From the NCBI GenBank assembly GCA_965247525.1, contig OZ252015.1, positions 1,567,485 to 1,631,484 on the forward strand: 64,000 bases of DNA, written 5' to 3'. Each line of letters begins with the position of its first letter. Position 1 is the first letter of the stretch. Source of the DNA: Hyphomicrobiales bacterium (lineage in GTDB: Bacteria > Pseudomonadota > Alphaproteobacteria > Rhizobiales > UBA4765). Shown here piece after piece: positions 62,246 through 64,000 of this stretch. The notes under the pieces are model-generated. The model was not told where the DNA came from. It made no database searches and saw nothing but the letters and a program-made list of their open reading frames with translations. A program made the position numbers and the translations under genes.

Positions 62246-63415
62246 ATGACAGCCTGTATCGTCGGCCTTGCCCACACACCATTCGGCAAGCATGAAAATG
62301 AAACTGTCGAAAGTTTGATTGTCCGCGTTGCAAAAGAGGCGCTGGTCGATGCCGGCATCGAGGCGTCTGATGTCGATGAAATTGTTTTGGGTCATTTCAA
62401 CGCAGGGTTTTCCAAACAGGACTTTACAGCGTCGCTGGTTTTGCAGGCCGATCCGGCCTTTCGCTTTAAACCTGCAACACGCGTCGAAAACGCCTGCGCC
62501 ACAGGCTCCGCCGCGGTGCATACCGCGCTAAAAAGTATCGCTGCAAAACAAAGCCGCATCGTTCTTGTGGTCGGTGTCGAGCAGATGACGACCACGTCAG
62601 GGCCGGAGATTGGCGCCAACCTGCTCAAAGCCTCTTATCTGCCGGAAGACGGCGACACACCCGCAGGATTTGCCGGTGTCTTTGGTAAAATTGCAGGCAG
62701 CTATTTTCAGCACTATGGCGATCAGTCAGATGCGCTGGCGATGATCGCGGCCAAAAACCACGCCAACGGCGTTCACAATCCGTATGCACAAATGCGCAAA
62801 GATCTTGGCTTTGAGTTTTGCCGTGCTGAATCTGAGAAAAATCCTTACGTTGCTGGGCCGCTAAAACGCACGGACTGCTCGCTTGTCTCCGACGGGGCGG
62901 CAGCGATTGTTTTGACTGATACGGAAACAGCGCTGCGCCTTGGCAAGGCGGCGGTTGTCTTTCGCGGCGCGGCGCATGTGCAGGATTTTCTCCCCATGTC
63001 GAAGCGTGATATCGTCGCTTTTGAAGGGTGTGCCATGGCATGGTCACGCGCTTTGAAAACGGCAGGGCTTTCGCTGGATGATCTCGATCTGGTCGAGACC
63101 CATGACTGTTTTACCATTGCCGAGCTGATTGAATATGAGGCGATGGGGCTTGTGCCAAAAGGCCAAGGCGCGCGTGCCATTATGGAAGGCTGGACACAAA
63201 AAGATGGCCGCCTCCCAGTCAACCCGTCAGGCGGATTGAAAGCCAAAGGGCACCCTATCGGCGCAACGGGTGTGTCAATGCATGCACTGTGCGCGATGCA
63301 GTTGCGGGGGGAAGCTGGCGGGTTTCAGATTGAGAACGCCACTATGGCTGGCATCTTCAATATGGGCGGCGCAGCTGTTGCCAATTATGTGTCGATTTTG
63401 GAGCGCTTGAGATAA
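62246..63415 (+). CDS. Thiolase family acetyl-CoA acetyltransferase (SCP-x type)
   Basis: VENACATGSAAV (active-site Cys), GHPIGATG, and the C-terminal NMGGA. Confidence 0.85.
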   Translation: MTACIVGLAHTPFGKHENETVESLIVRVAKEALVDAGIEASDVDEIVLGHFNAGFSKQDFTASLVLQADPAFRFKPATRVENACATGSAAVHTALKSIAAKQSRIVLVVGVEQMTTTSGPEIGANLLKASYLPEDGDTPAGFAGVFGKIAGSYFQHYGDQSDALAMIAAKNHANGVHNPYAQMRKDLGFEFCRAESEKNPYVAGPLKRTDCSLVSDGAAAIVLTDTETALRLGKAAVVFRGAAHVQDFLPMSKRDIVAFEGCAMAWSRALKTAGLSLDDLDLVETHDCFTIAELIEYEAMGLVPKGQGARAIMEGWTQKDGRLPVNPSGGLKAKGHPIGATGVSMHALCAMQLRGEAGGFQIENATMAGIFNMGGAAVANYVSILERLR

Positions 63416-63416
63416 C

Positions 63417-63929
63417 TCAGGCCGACATTTTGAGATCAGACGGGCCAAGCGCTTCAATGGCAGGCATATCGCTTTCGTCATTGGCGGGTTTCAGCGTTTT
63501 GGATGGTATTTTTGAAAGCGTTTTTGAAATGGCTTTTAACAGCTTTTTAATGCGCGCTTTGTCTTTGCTACCGAACCCTTTCAGGGTTTCCTTGTCGAGG
63601 CGTTTCCAGATTTTATCAATTTCCCGCGCGCGCTCTTTGCCAAGTTTTGTCAGCTTGATTTTGAGGACACGCGAATTTGTTTTTTTCCAGCGTTCAACCA
63701 GCTGCTGCGCTTCAAGGCGGCTAATCATTTTTGTGACCGTGGGTGGTTTCACGTCCAGCCTCTCGGCAAGCGCTGTCATGCTCAGCGCCTTTTTCTTGAG
63801 AAGCAGCTTCAAGACTGTTTCCTGTCCCGGATAAAGCCCAATATCGCTCAAGGCATAAGCGGCGCGGGTGCGATGAAGACGGGCCGCTTGAGGGAGCAGG
63901 GTTGAAATGCAGTCTTTATATTTTGCCAT
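63417..63929 (-). CDS. MarR family transcriptional regulator
   Basis: Winged-helix LSMTALAERLDVKPPTVTKMISRLEAQQLVER. Confidence 0.8.
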   Translation of the reverse strand: MAKYKDCISTLLPQAARLHRTRAAYALSDIGLYPGQETVLKLLLKKKALSMTALAERLDVKPPTVTKMISRLEAQQLVERWKKTNSRVLKIKLTKLGKERAREIDKIWKRLDKETLKGFGSKDKARIKKLLKAISKTLSKIPSKTLKPANDESDMPAIEALGPSDLKMSA

Positions 63930-64000
63930 GGCGAACCATTGCGCCGAAGATGAGTCGCGTCAATTCATGTCCTGTCTTTTTGCAGAGGTTAAGCTGCAGG

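Overview
The window has two compositionally different parts. GC estimates are by eye, not computed. Part 1 (1 to about 43.75 kb) is GC-rich, roughly mid-60s percent. It starts with the 3' end of a type III restriction res gene and a GIY-YIG/DUF4357 nuclease gene. These abut a complete ~40 kb lambdoid, RcGTA-like siphovirus prophage, read almost entirely on the minus strand. From left to right it carries a lysis cassette (endolysin, holin-like protein, overlapping spanins) and a GTA-type distal tail module. A tape measure, a G/GT tail chaperone with an A_AAA_AAC -1 frameshift, the tail tube, neck proteins and a decoration protein follow. Next are a protease-capsid fusion, a lambda-type portal, gpW and GpA terminase. 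A DNA-modification block follows (PLP enzyme, N6/N4 MTase, ParB domain), then a replication/recombination block (RuvC, primase-helicase, C5-MTase, SSB-like protein, PD-(D/E)XK nuclease). A Cro/excisionase-like HTH faces an ImmA-XRE pair, and a P4-type tyrosine integrase closes the element. The most interesting locus lies between the immunity genes and int. It is a three-gene cassette (39859-42174) encoding a ThsB-type TIR-like protein, a multidomain TIR protein and a stand-alone SLOG-fold protein with no recognisable effector domain. This is a Thoeris-like architecture I do not recognise as described. Two AT-richer single-gene morons interrupt the phage backbone: a trypsin-like serine protease and a polysaccharide deacetylase. 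Part 2 starts at an initiator tRNA-Met (43825-43901) and is AT-richer alphaproteobacterial chromosome. It holds bphO-bphP (HWE kinase plus receiver), a lipid kinase, and a LexA-boxed radical-SAM/DUF4130-UdgX operon. It also holds the PhyR-NepR general stress locus with several EcfG-type promoters and small unlisted stress ORFs. Further right are ald, an amino-sugar/MurNAc catabolic cluster, bioY, a thiolase and a MarR regulator. I saw no rRNA, CRISPR array or transposase.
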